Source of the DNA: Toensbergia leucococca
Taxonomy: Eukaryota
Assembly (NCBI GenBank): GCA_022813965.1
Contig: JALDZS010000122.1
Coordinates: forward strand, 1 to 64,000
Reading direction: 5' to 3'
DNA length: 64,000 nt
Position 1 is the first letter of the stretch, and each line of letters starts with the position of its first letter. The notes beneath the pieces were generated by a model that saw nothing but the letters and a program-made list of their open reading frames with translations, had not been told where the DNA came from and did not search any database. The translations under genes were made by a program, and so were the position numbers. Positions 40,201-51,425 of the stretch are shown here, in pieces.

Positions 40201-43200
40201 TTACTCCCTCGTAAACAACTCCCTCCACAAAAGCGTAAGCCGTGAAGGACTTAGATACTCCTTTCTTAGCGCTGGATGCTCAGGCATCCCTTCCTGATCC
40301 AGAGCGCCCCAGAACCTCGAGGAAGGCAAACACATTTCCAACCCCCATCTTAGCAACAACTCGCCAAGGCCAGAGCCTCCGACAGCTATCATCCACCGCA
40401 GACCTTTATCGCTATACTTCGCGGCGCCGGCAGCGATGAAGATCGAACACAGTAATGCGAGTGCCAGTGTATCTCGGGGGCTCATGTGGATGCCGAATCC
40501 AGTATGCTGTCTCCGGCTGTCGATGATGCGAGTACTGCCATCATCACTGCCGCCAATCCCATTGACCCACTCCTTGAACATGATCTCGTTGGCAGCTTTA
40601 CCGTATTCGCGGTGATTGTTCCATGTGAAGAACAGCCACCTCATTGCGAACAAAAATCCAATCATCGCAAGCCAGCCCTTTGAAAACGTGCCTGGAGTGT
40701 GCGCGAAGACCGGGATACACGTGAAACCAAAGCAAATTAGATAGTAGAGCACTAAGATGGGCATGATGGTGGCCATTATGTCAAAAGCAGTAATCCATGC
40801 GGGGATGGATCCGCGGATACGATGGCCACTTGGAGCGGTGACGTTGCTGAAATCGCAGCGGATGCGGTATTCATAGTTGTCAGTGAAGGGCTTTCGTTCC
40901 AATTCGATCTGACAGGCTGAGTCTTCAGGTTGGTCAGAATCAAGTACTAGGAATGAATCACAGGAGACATGACAGATGTAATGGAATTGCCAGACGTCTC
41001 GTGGCCTCCAACCGTCCGCCATGGTATGTGTGCGATTAGTATTTTCCAGTGTCAGCAGGATGCCATAAAATGGGATTTGTGACAAGTGGATAGCGTCTTG
41101 AGTATGAAGTGTTGAGCTGACGAGAAGATATAGATTAGGGGCATTGGCAGCTTGACGGTGCTCGTGTCTCTGTGTCAGATTTAGGTGCATGTCGAAAGAG
41201 CAAGGGACGGAGCCGTCGTGAAGCCTATATGTAGTAGCACTTCCTACACTGGAAGATGGTAATCTGAATAGCGAGGGTTGACGTAAACCAGCACTGAGAA
41301 GGTCACTGTCAAAAAAGATGAAATTATCTTGGGGCCCTCGTCGCCGCATCCAACCAAGCTGGCCTGGCAGTGACTTACTTCTGAGACTTGTAGGCAACGG
41401 ATATAATGTGTCCTCTACATATGGCCTGAGAATTTTCCCTCTATCTCGTTCTGCTTTCTCTTCTTTGTCGAACTCATCTGAAGCCTCGTCCCGTTCTTCA
41501 GCTGTTAAAGGAGGCTGGAACAATAATGCCAGTGGCAATTTCTCCTTCGATTTAAAAATTGCCTTCAACCTAGCTCGTGGATGTTCTTGGCGCACCTCAC
41601 TCGGTCTGAGATCTACAAGCAAGGACAGTATTGACAATCGATCAACGGTTCGGGTCGTGGATCGCGCTGCCACATCGTTCCAAATCCGCGTAAAGACCTC
41701 AGGCTCACCTTCCGATATCTCCTTACGGTTAACACTCGCATCAATCTCCCGGGTGGCTGGTAGACGAGAGAACCAGGCAGACGTTTCGTCTAACATGTCA
41801 TGAATGTCGCTGTAATCAGAATCTCGAAGACGTCGCCGGTTCCTCGCAAGCACATTGCTGCGTGCTAATCGCATTGGGAAAAGATCGTCTCCGAGCTTGA
41901 TCAAAAGCTCCTTGGCCATTGCACCTTCCTGGTAGGTCCAGCAACGTGTCATCCAGGAAGAGACGAGTATGGAGGAGAATATTTGCAGGAGAACTTGATC
42001 AGCCTTGTTGTCATCGATATCTGTTGCGTATTGGCTCCACTGGAGATCAAGCTGGCGGAGCTCTGGATCTAGTACGATCGCGGAATCGGCTGCTGCATAG
42101 GTTTGAGTCATTCGATCAACTGCAAATGTTCTCTTTTCCCATACACTGTTGGCGTATTCTTGAGGCACTGACGCTTCATCAACTCTTGGAACATTGAGGG
42201 TGTCCATCCAGAACCATGCAGGTGGAGATTTTGGCAACAGTCTGAAAGGGTTGACAATGGTCTCCCAGATGGCGGGAAGGAATCTTTGTGGATTTGGACC
42301 CGGCTCAAAGCGATTGATTGCACGTTGACTCGAAGCCGTCAGCCGCACAATCTCTTGCAATTGGCAAAGCCACACTGCGTTGCCTTTTGGATTCCCGAGA
42401 CCTCCTGCCCAAACATGCGTAGCTGCGACGTAGGGTAAGCCATACTTGGCCCTGCTTGCTACTAGTTTGTTTGACTGTAGCTTCATCAACGGAATGCCTC
42501 CCTCTTCAAGGACATCCATAACGTCATCAAGCGGAGCCTGGACCATTTCGCAGTGCACACTGCCATCATCCTGACATTGACGTGTATGCGCTTGCTGATA
42601 GTTTTTTTCGTTGTAGTCGAGCTTACATCGATTATATGTACAGTTTCTGTGGTTAGGGGCGCCGAGTTCAGGTCGCGAACGATTGATGGCGGAAAGGTAG
42701 TAAGCTGTTGAAGCCGTGAGGGTTTGAAGAAGACTTGACACCATAGACGGGCACCACCCATCTTCCCACGACATGCGGTGGCGCAAGATTGCACAATGAA
42801 GACCAGCGTGAGCGAAAGGACTGTCGAACTTCTTATCATGTCTCATGAAGGCGTCTTTGGCATAGTCTTCATGATTCCGGCAGGCTCTCCAAAGGGAATC
42901 GGTGAGGATTCTGATCGAAAGAATAATCACTTGTGCATCGTACTTGTAGTTGTCACTGTGAACAGCAAAGCTTGCATTGACGAATTCCACTGTGAATGCT
43001 CGCAATTCTAGCTCTACTTCTTGAAGGATTCTCCCTAGTTTATTGTCGGCTTGAATAGCTTTCAGATTGGCCCGTAAGAGGCCTGGGAGATGCTTCGAGG
43101 TCAACATTCCATCCGAGAGGAAATCTTGCACAGCAACGCTTTTCCCAATCGATCTCGATATCAAGCCAAAATATAACCATTTTTGTAAACGTCTGGCCAG

Positions 43201-43356
43201 CCCTCGGAGACTGCGAGCACCACAACACCTTACCTCGGTCCTCCAGCGTTGGACGGGCCGATCGGCATGGCAGTTGACCACTGTATCAGCGTTGACGAGG
43301 TTCGGAACGTGAAGAGGAGCATGCACTGGATTCGTGGGATAGGGGAGGTGGTCCAT
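40201..43356 (-). CDS. HET (heterokaryon incompatibility) domain protein with C-terminal transmembrane segments
   Basis: Probable start MDHLPYP at 43356. Motifs LQKWLYFGLI, GWCPS, YVAATHVWAGGLGNP, WFWMDTLNVP, SWMTRCWTYQEG. Three to four hydrophobic segments in the last ~200 aa. No intron needed. Confidence 0.88.
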   Translation of the reverse strand: MDHLPYPTNPVHAPLHVPNLVNADTVVNCHADRPVQRWRTEVRCCGARSLRGLARRLQKWLYFGLISRSIGKSVAVQDFLSDGMLTSKHLPGLLRANLKAIQADNKLGRILQEVELELRAFTVEFVNASFAVHSDNYKYDAQVIILSIRILTDSLWRACRNHEDYAKDAFMRHDKKFDSPFAHAGLHCAILRHRMSWEDGWCPSMVSSLLQTLTASTAYYLSAINRSRPELGAPNHRNCTYNRCKLDYNEKNYQQAHTRQCQDDGSVHCEMVQAPLDDVMDVLEEGGIPLMKLQSNKLVASRAKYGLPYVAATHVWAGGLGNPKGNAVWLCQLQEIVRLTASSQRAINRFEPGPNPQRFLPAIWETIVNPFRLLPKSPPAWFWMDTLNVPRVDEASVPQEYANSVWEKRTFAVDRMTQTYAAADSAIVLDPELRQLDLQWSQYATDIDDNKADQVLLQIFSSILVSSWMTRCWTYQEGAMAKELLIKLGDDLFPMRLARSNVLARNRRRLRDSDYSDIHDMLDETSAWFSRLPATREIDASVNRKEISEGEPEVFTRIWNDVAARSTTRTVDRLSILSLLVDLRPSEVRQEHPRARLKAIFKSKEKLPLALLFQPPLTAEERDEASDEFDKEEKAERDRGKILRPYVEDTLYPLPTSLRSKSLPGQLGWMRRRGPQDNFIFFDSDLLSAGLRQPSLFRLPSSSVGSATTYRLHDGSVPCSFDMHLNLTQRHEHRQAANAPNLYLLVSSTLHTQDAIHLSQIPFYGILLTLENTNRTHTMADGWRPRDVWQFHYICHVSCDSFLVLDSDQPEDSACQIELERKPFTDNYEYRIRCDFSNVTAPSGHRIRGSIPAWITAFDIMATIMPILVLYYLICFGFTCIPVFAHTPGTFSKGWLAMIGFLFAMRWLFFTWNNHREYGKAANEIMFKEWVNGIGGSDDGSTRIIDSRRQHTGFGIHMSPRDTLALALLCSIFIAAGAAKYSDKGLRWMIAVGGSGLGELLLRWGLEMCLPSSRFWGALDQEGMPEHPALRKEYLSPSRLTLLWRELFTRE

Positions 43357-44572
43357 GACTGAGGGAGGGTGTAAAGTCACACATATTCCTGAGGTCAAGG
43401 AACCTTCATCCTCCTTGTTCGAGGCAGTCTGTTCAAGTCTTTGGGGATCTAAACATGGCGACAGATTTACCCAGGTCGAAGTATAGCCTGTGCCGGCCAA
43501 GGTGAAACAAAGCCAGCAGGCAGCAGGCTTCCATGCTGCCAATCTTCGATCAAGCTAGAGCAAAAGACCCTCGCAGCTAGAGATTTTGCTTGGCTATGAT
43601 TGGAGACATGTCCTTACTCGTCCCACTTGGATCCACATATTGTTCGCAATACTGATGCTGCACCAAAAGAACTGACATATTTATGGTTATGAGCACAAAA
43701 GACGCCTACATGGGTTGCAAGATGCCAATACTCGTAAGACAGATCCACCGTGAGGGACCACCGGCTAGAAATGCAGCAAGCGTGTGATCGAAGCAGGACT
43801 TGAACTTATGTAAATTCATATGACTTACGAGTATTATGTGATCTACAATTCGTCATAAGGTAAGGTAGGCCACAAAATTAAATTCAAAGAGCTAAATCAC
43901 ACTAAACAAGGTAATCTGCAATCGCTTCATAAGATGAGTGGGTGATAAGGTATCCGTACTCGTAGTACTAGGTAGGCGAGTCCTGGAGCATGCTGTCCCA
44001 CTAGAATAGGTATAATATTTAGCGTTACACGCTTTATTCGAGCGGATTCTCGATTCCGAGTATTCTAAGGATTTGATTAATCAGTTTGAGTCGAACAGAC
44101 CAGAGATACACCAATCAACTTGGTCGAGTCACATTATAAACACAAATTATCCATTATATACAAGCAGTTATCGAGCTGTTGACAAGACCTGATATTCTAA
44201 GCATTTATAACCCTCCCCCCCAACCCCCAACTTGTGACACCCCACCCATCGCAATATTCACCACCCATCCTCCGATGGCGTACAGCATCGCTAGCCTTGC
44301 AGGTCGCCGAACGGACGGATGCGACCCTCATGAGGAGATGAATGGATAATGGTAGAAGTGCCGCCCAATTAGCCCAGTATGCCCTGAACCCTTGTAGGGC
44401 AAGAATCTTTCCCCTCGGCGTCGTCATAACCTTTAGCTTCCTCTCCCTCTCTCTCTTTTTCTTCATCTACCTCTCACTTCCACGCTTCCAATGAATCCGA
44501 GGCGTAGACAAGAATCTGCTCTTAGATCTCTCACACCCCTCAGCGCTGGTGAGCCCTTGGCAGATCTCCGCA

Positions 44573-46671
44573 ATGGCATTAGGTATGTAAGATCGGAAAT
44601 CCTGTCAGCCAATTGTGAGAGTGTCTTCCGTCTCTGATCTTTGGGCAATACAGCTACTACGGCGGCTGTAATTGCTGGCTCGGTGGCAGCGGCGGGATAC
44701 GTAGATGCCAAGCTGGCACTCACGCGGGATGTGAAAATGCTGCTTCGACGGCGACGAGCGGAGAAGGAAGTGGCCAAGAATGGTGAGGCGCAAATGCTGC
44801 TATATCCCTTAAATCCGCGAGAGAAAGAGCTGAAATTCGTGCCAACCTAGCGAAATTCGACCGTCTTTCCTGCTTCTACTTTTTTGAAGAAGCCGTCTCC
44901 AAATACCCCTCTACTATCGCCATCTGGTCGCGTACCGCATCCTACACCTGGCAGGAATCCCATACCCTGGTCTGTCAATACGCAAACTACTTTCTTTCAC
45001 TTGGCGTGCGACCCGGGCAACTAGTGGCCTTTTATTTACAGAATTCGCCCGAATTCGTGTTTGCATGGTTGGGGCTGTGGGCCATTGGGTGTGCACCGGC
45101 GATGATTAATTTCAATTTGAGTGGAGATGCATTAGTTCATTGTTTGAGGCTATCAGGCGCAGGGGTGCTGGTCTGTGAAGAGGATGAAGGGTGTATGGAG
45201 CGAGTTGGGAGGGAGAGGAGAATAGAGGGAGAATTGGGCATGATGGTGGTAGTTTTGGGGGAGGAGCTAAAGGAAGAGATAAAAGGGATGAACAAGGCTA
45301 GGCCGGATGATGAGTATCGGAAAGGGCTTAAGCTGAAGTCACCAGTGCTTCTACTCTATACCAGGTAAGGACCTGCGGGAACCCCTCCTGTCGTGATGCT
45401 TATGGTGTAATGTCCAAAGTGGCACGACGGGTCTCCCCAAAGGCTGCCCTTTTCCCACAAGCCGTATGCATTTTACCGGTGCCCTCCGCTCGTGTATACT
45501 GGATCAGCGCCTTGGCCCCGGTGGCGATCGATGGTATAACTGCATGCCAATGTATCACGGCACCGGCGGCATAGCAACAATGACAAACATGATGAGCGGA
45601 GTCTCCACAGCACTTGCAAAGGGATTCTCCACCCAGAACTTTTGGGCTGATGTGCGAGATTCTGAGTCTACGGCCATCACATACGTGGGCGAGACGGCTC
45701 GTTATCTGCTCGCTGCACCTCCCCATCCGCTGGATAAGGTACATAAGGTGCGATTTATGCATGGAAATGGGCTTAGACCCGATGTATGGAGTCGCTTCCA
45801 AGAACGATTTGCCGTGCCTGAGGTTGCGGAATTTTTCGGTAGTACGGAAGGGATGTTGATGCTCCTCAACTGGTCTAGGAATGACTATACAGTGAATGCG
45901 GTCGGCTTTCAGGGAGCTTTAATCAGGTATATCGCGAGAAACACGCTTGTTCCAGTGGAGGTTGATACCGCGACCAATGATATTCTTCGAAATTCCAAAA
46001 CGGGATTTGCAAAACGGAAATCATACGAAGAAGGTGGCGAAATACTTGTCAATGTGCCCAATGAAGCGGCGTTCCCGGGCTACTGGGATTCAGCAGAAGC
46101 ATCTGAAAAGAAATTCGCTCGCGATGTCTTCAAGAAGGGTGATTTATACTACAGATCAGGTGATGCTTTGAGACGTACGGATGACGGAAGGTGGTTCTTC
46201 CTCGATCGCCTGGGAGATACGTACCGTTGGAAAAGTGAGAACGTTAGCACAGCAGAGGTAGCGGAAGTATTAGGGACATTCCCGGGGATTCATGAAGCCA
46301 ATGTTTATGGCGTGCTAGTTCCCGGACATGATGGAAGAGCTGGATGTGCAGCGCTGGCCATTGCACCAGCGCAGAGAGAAAAATTTGACTGGGCATCTTT
46401 GGTGAAGCACGCAAAGGCGCACTTACCTAGGTACGCGGTTCCGGTGTTTATCAGAGTAGTTGAGGGAGAAGTGGGCGGGATGGGAAGTCATAACAACAAG
46501 CAAAGCAAAGCTCCATTACGGGAAGAAGGAGTGAATCCCAAAGAGCGAGGATCGAAGGTGTTGGGTGGTGAGCAGGATGAAGTTTTCTGGATTCCGCCCA
46601 AAGGTAACAGCTATGTGAAATTCGAAGAGAGGGATTGGAATAGCCTGGTAGCCGGCGGGGCTCGGCTTTGA
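44573..46671 (+). CDS. FATP / very-long-chain acyl-CoA synthetase (Fat1/CefD1-like), probably peroxisomal
   Basis: Exons 44573-44582, 44654-44782, 44851-45365, 45420-46671. Spliced YTSGTTGLPK, EFFGSTEG, YYRSGD and DRLGDTYRWKSENVST motifs; C-terminal ARL (PTS1-like). Confidence 0.93.
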
Positions 46672-46813
46672 ACATGGGCCATTTCGTCTGGCTTGGTTAG
46701 GGGTCAGGCATTTCCCTCGAAAGCTGCTGCCAACACCTCAGGTCACATTCATACTTTCAATCATCAAGAAGCCGGCGCTGTAATCAAGAGAAGATTGTGG
46801 CTAAATAGTTGCG

Positions 46814-47335
46814 ATGCTAGGACTCATTCGACCTGCACTTATTTCATTAGTCATTGCTCTCGGCTTCGAGGTCATCATTTGCGTCAGCCTTTCCACGCAT
46901 GGGATACAAGCCTTCTCATTCTACCTTTCCCAATCTAACGCTGTGGCTGAGATTACTCAGACCATGTGGAAGGTCAATCTTCTGGTTCTAGACTGTGCGT
47001 GAGGTTCTGGTGGCGAAATAAGACATAGACTATCGATTGGTGCTATTTCTTCTACGGTTTGAAACTATTGGCTCGTGGCGATATTGCTTGCAGCATCGCT
47101 GCCCCGATGGTTTCTGTATCAAGCTCTTGGATCAAACTTTCTCTGGATACTACCATGGGCGATCGTGGTCTCGAAGATCCGAATAGCTAAAGAGACAGTA
47201 TAGACATACCATGCCATAATGTTCGGTGGGGCCTTGGCTTTCGAATTCTTTGACGCATCGATTATGGTCCTGATCTGGGCGTGGAGGCTGAGCAAGGGAA
47301 AGATCAAAGTGCGGCCAATTCAGAGCAACATTTGA
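46814..47335 (+). pseudogene. Probable pseudogene of a small multi-pass membrane protein
   Basis: One frame carries four hydrophobic segments, interrupted by TGA at 47000, TGA at 47060 and TAG at 47201; ends TGA 47333-47335. Confidence 0.4.
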
Positions 47336-48133
47336 ATAGTCATGCGATATTCCTGAGATAAAATTGGGAACCCATACGATAGGGCGGCTTCATTAATATG
47401 TTGGATGTGTATTCGAATTACGAATGATGAATGGCCATGGGCAACGTGGTACTGCCACAAGATTCTTACATGTCCGTGTCCTAGGATGGTAGCTATAATA
47501 AGTTGCAGGACCTACCAGGATACTTGTGCGGACGCAGGGTAAGCATCTACAATGTACAGCCAGAAGATTTTCTACCAGCGCTGAATCTTCGAATGACCGA
47601 GGGGAAAGACCAGAAGTGTTGAATTCTTCATTTCTGGAGATCTGTTGATTTTTGACTGTGGTGACAAGTTCTTTGTTCATGTGGCATTCTGGACATCTTC
47701 CTCTTCAGATTTTATAGCAGACATGGCAATATATCTCCGTACGTCAAATGTCGTCAAAGCTTGATTTACACCGTTTGTTCAATCATAACGAAGAACGTAA
47801 CATCGTGTTGCTAAAAGAGACATGGGTGAGAACTAGCCCGAAAGGTTTGGCATCGCCAGTATCATTCTTTTGGGCTCTCGTTATTTCTCTAGTCCTGGAA
47901 CTGTGATATATTGCTTGTGTTCGGATCAGGTCAAAGACAAAAGGACAGAAGTCACAATACCGAGTCCACATATCAAAGGAAATGCCTGTCTGAATTCTAC
48001 AACGTATCAAGACTCAAATTTTATAAGTCAAAACTCGAGATACGGATTAACTCTCTACACTACCTTCCATACATGTGCATTGTGCCAAATGTCGTTGAAG
48101 CCAGAATCTTCTTCCAGAACATCGAACCATTTC

Positions 48134-49073
48134 CTAAGACTTGAAAGAGTCTAGGTCCACAGATCCACCACAGCTCGTTGTGTCTAAGATGAAAGATTGC
48201 TATGTCAGTGTCCCCCAAAATAAAAGACAGGCAGACTGATACATTGCTGGCTTACCAAGATTGTATTGTTTGGCAAATGCTGTGGTCCAGCCTCCCATGA
48301 ATGTAGTGACGGTCGAGACTCCAGGTTTACCATCATCTTGGACAGCCCAAAGCGGAAGATCGGATCCTATATTCGAGGATCTAGACGGAAACATTGAAGT
48401 CCATTGGTTTCTGGTACCCGAATCAGTTTAGAGAAGTTTCAAGAAATATATCATGTTCAAGGCCAACCCATTGCCATATATTCCCCAGTTCAACTCTGTA
48501 TTCCTTAATAGTTGGGTCCATTGTTTGGCAAGGGCGAGGTTATTGGTAGGGGACAGATTCCAGGCGTTGCATGCCCCAGACGTCGGCTCCACGTCAAACC
48601 AAAGCCATTCAACGTCAATCTTGTTGTCTGAGATGACATCCAAAAGTTCGTTGAGCTGAGTTGAAGGAGATTTGCAAGTCCCGCTTGATTGAGTCCCAGT
48701 ACCTAACATCATGAGTCAAGTTCAAAAATCCATGGTTTCGGGGATGGAGTCGCACAAGGGAACATGTAAGCATCTACTACAGCAACCCCGGCTTTTTTGG
48801 CGGCATTATACGAACTCACAAAATTAGGATCGACTTCACCTCCCTAAATCAATGGACATGTTAAGCCAGACAGCGTAGGCATATCGGGCAAGCTGGACCT
48901 ACCACGCCGCAGGCCTGCTGATACGCTCGAATGACCACCTTGTTGTAATTACTTGCCACACAGCTCCAAAAACTTGCGCTCTGAGGTTCTGAAATATCAA
49001 GGGCACTGAGGTCTGCTGCTACAAGAGCAAAGCCGGCAGCGAGAAGCAAGAAAAGCTTGGATAAGGAAAACAT
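48134..49073 (-). CDS. Secreted GH25 lysozyme-like protein (Lys1-like, protist/nematode type)
   Basis: Five exons. Signal peptide MFSLSKLFLLLAAGFALVAA, then ALDISE, VVIRAY, GGEVDPNF, DAYMFPC, LWFDVEP, LPLW, FMGGW...KQY and CGGSVDLDSF. Confidence 0.85.
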
Positions 49074-49859
49074 TTTGTGGCGTGCTTGATTCGATTCATC
49101 ATGAGGCGCACCCGTCTTATTTATACTTGAGGTAATCGGCTGAGTCTGGTGAAAGTCACGAAGCTGCTGCATCGCACACTGGACTTGCTTGGGCAGGCGA
49201 CCAAAAGCGGGTACGTCATGTCTCTTTGTTGACTTCGGATGAAATCTGCTTTCAGCAGGTGCTAGATTGGAAGTCCTAAGCATTCGAGGAGCGTCGCGAA
49301 ATGTCAAGGATTAGAATCCTTCGGTGCCCCTGCTGGCGATCTCCGAGCATTGAAAGATATACAACGGGATATTTGGAGACAAGTCATCTGGCCATATTGC
49401 CGGAGAAGACACTCAAGGTGCAAGTCGAGAGTTCTGCTTTGGTATGCCTTTTCAATGGGAAATTCTCTATTTTCGTACCAATTGTCATTGGAAATACAAA
49501 CGATTCTTCTTCTGCTGTCCGATCAGAGGCAGATGTACAACCAGCCAAGCTCAAAGCACACTTAGAACATCTCAACTCTCCAACATCAACAATAATAACC
49601 GTCGAAGAAAGATGGCACATTCTCAAGTGAGCCTACCTACCTACCCCTCTTCCCCTCCCCTTCCAACCCGACCACCCCAGTCCTGTCATAACTCCACAAA
49701 CAAGCGAATCCATTCGGGAACCAATCACTTTCCACAAACAAGCTTCCAGGCACCGCAACAACAACTGTCAGCCTAACCAGCTAGCCCACACCATTCGGCC
49801 ACGGGTTACGCCATCTCGAGGCCATCAAGCTCTCGCTTCGTCCCGAGCCCGCGACACTA

Positions 49860-50880
49860 GGAGGGTTTAATTCACCTGCCTTAAGTGTGCACCATACCCG
49901 TTGATTGCACGCGGTTTCATTTGGCCTTTTTTAGCTTCTAATTATGCTTTGTGTTAGTGTGGTCAGTAGATGAGGGAGCTTGAATTATGAGGTGGTGAAG
50001 ATTAGTGAAGTCATGGTTTTTTTTTGTTTTGATGGGATGATGAATTGATGTTGAGGAATTAATAGCTTTGATTCTTATTCAAAATGATGGTTTTTTCTCT
50101 GATTATTCTAGGTTTTGATTTTTGAACAAATGCTTATTTTATCACTATTTTAATTCAAGACACACTATCACTTGATTAAACAAAGCTGCTCAAATCAGTG
50201 CGCACTGCAGCTGAGAATAAACAGAAACTTAATTATTGAAGCAGTGAAGATGAGGCATCACTTTTCTCATTGATTAATAAATCAAATCTTTACAACAAAA
50301 AGTAACAAAAATCAACACTATTAAGCTCATAAGGCACTCAAAGCAGACATTCTCACGTCAGAGAGATAAAAATACTAAATCATCAATCAAAGTCTCAGAA
50401 GGTGCCTCTGTTTAATGAGATATTTACTGAATTAACTTAATGAGCAGAAATGCTTAACTACTGACAATCTATATGTTACTCAGCTTTATGATATCCTTTT
50501 CAAAAGCTTTTATGCACTTAAAGTGTAAATACTCTAAGATTTATCTCTAACTTTGCTTACAGAATTGAGCAAGAAAGTAAAAAGATCTGAGATTTTTGAT
50601 GTTGATGTTGAATTATATTGTTTAGTTACTACAAGTTGTGATGATTTGTTGCACACTATTGAGCCTTTGACTTGAAGATCTGATAATAACTCTGTTACTC
50701 TCTTATTATTATTATTATTATCATTACTATTATCATTATCATTCCTTTACTCTTTCTCTCACTCTTCTCACTTCTTATCAGTTATCTTCTTAAGACCTTC
50801 TTCTTTATCATCTCTCTTTCTTTTTCTTTTCTTTTTCTTATATAATCTTCTTTATTACTCTTATTCTCATCTTTATCTCT
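49860..50880. mobile_element. AT-rich, RIP-like degraded repeat/transposon relic
   Basis: Abrupt AT enrichment, near absence of CpG, no ORF of 60 aa or more, and (ATT)n-like runs at 50702-50742. Family cannot be identified by eye. Confidence 0.55.
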
Positions 50881-51425
50881 CACAACCCCTTCCCCCCTCC
50901 TTAAAACCCCCTACCCCCCCTTAAAAAAAATAAAAAATCCGCACTCTCTCCTCTTCTCAGCACATACTAGTATCATAAGCAACCAAAAAAAAAGACGGGG
51001 CCATTGATTCATTGAGGAAAAAAAAAGAGGGAGGGGATAAGTTGATGTAAAGAGTGAGTTCTGTCTACCTACCTATTCTGAAAGGTGAGGGAGAGAGAAT
51101 TAAATGTGAGTGATTTCTGAACTTTAAATGTGTTGAATCCAACAATCTCTTTGCTTGGATTTGGATTTGGATTGATGAGATGTTTGACTGACTGACTTGG
51201 AAGTTACATGAGTGGGCTGGTGATTGTGTATTGTATGTATAATAGTTGTCGATATTCACGGGGGGTACGGTGCACGTTTTTCGAGCATCGAAAGATGCCC
51301 TTGGCTTGCATTCGGTGGGTAGGTACAATGACACAAGAGTCCAGCTAAGCCATGCAAAGCGCAGCGAAGGAGCAATTACCAAACAAGAAAATAGCTCCCA
51401 GCTGAATTCCACTACCCTCAAATCT

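Noticed and set aside
43357..43542. N-terminal extension of the HET ORF from a TTG start
   Set aside because: The family-typical start MDHLP is at 43356.
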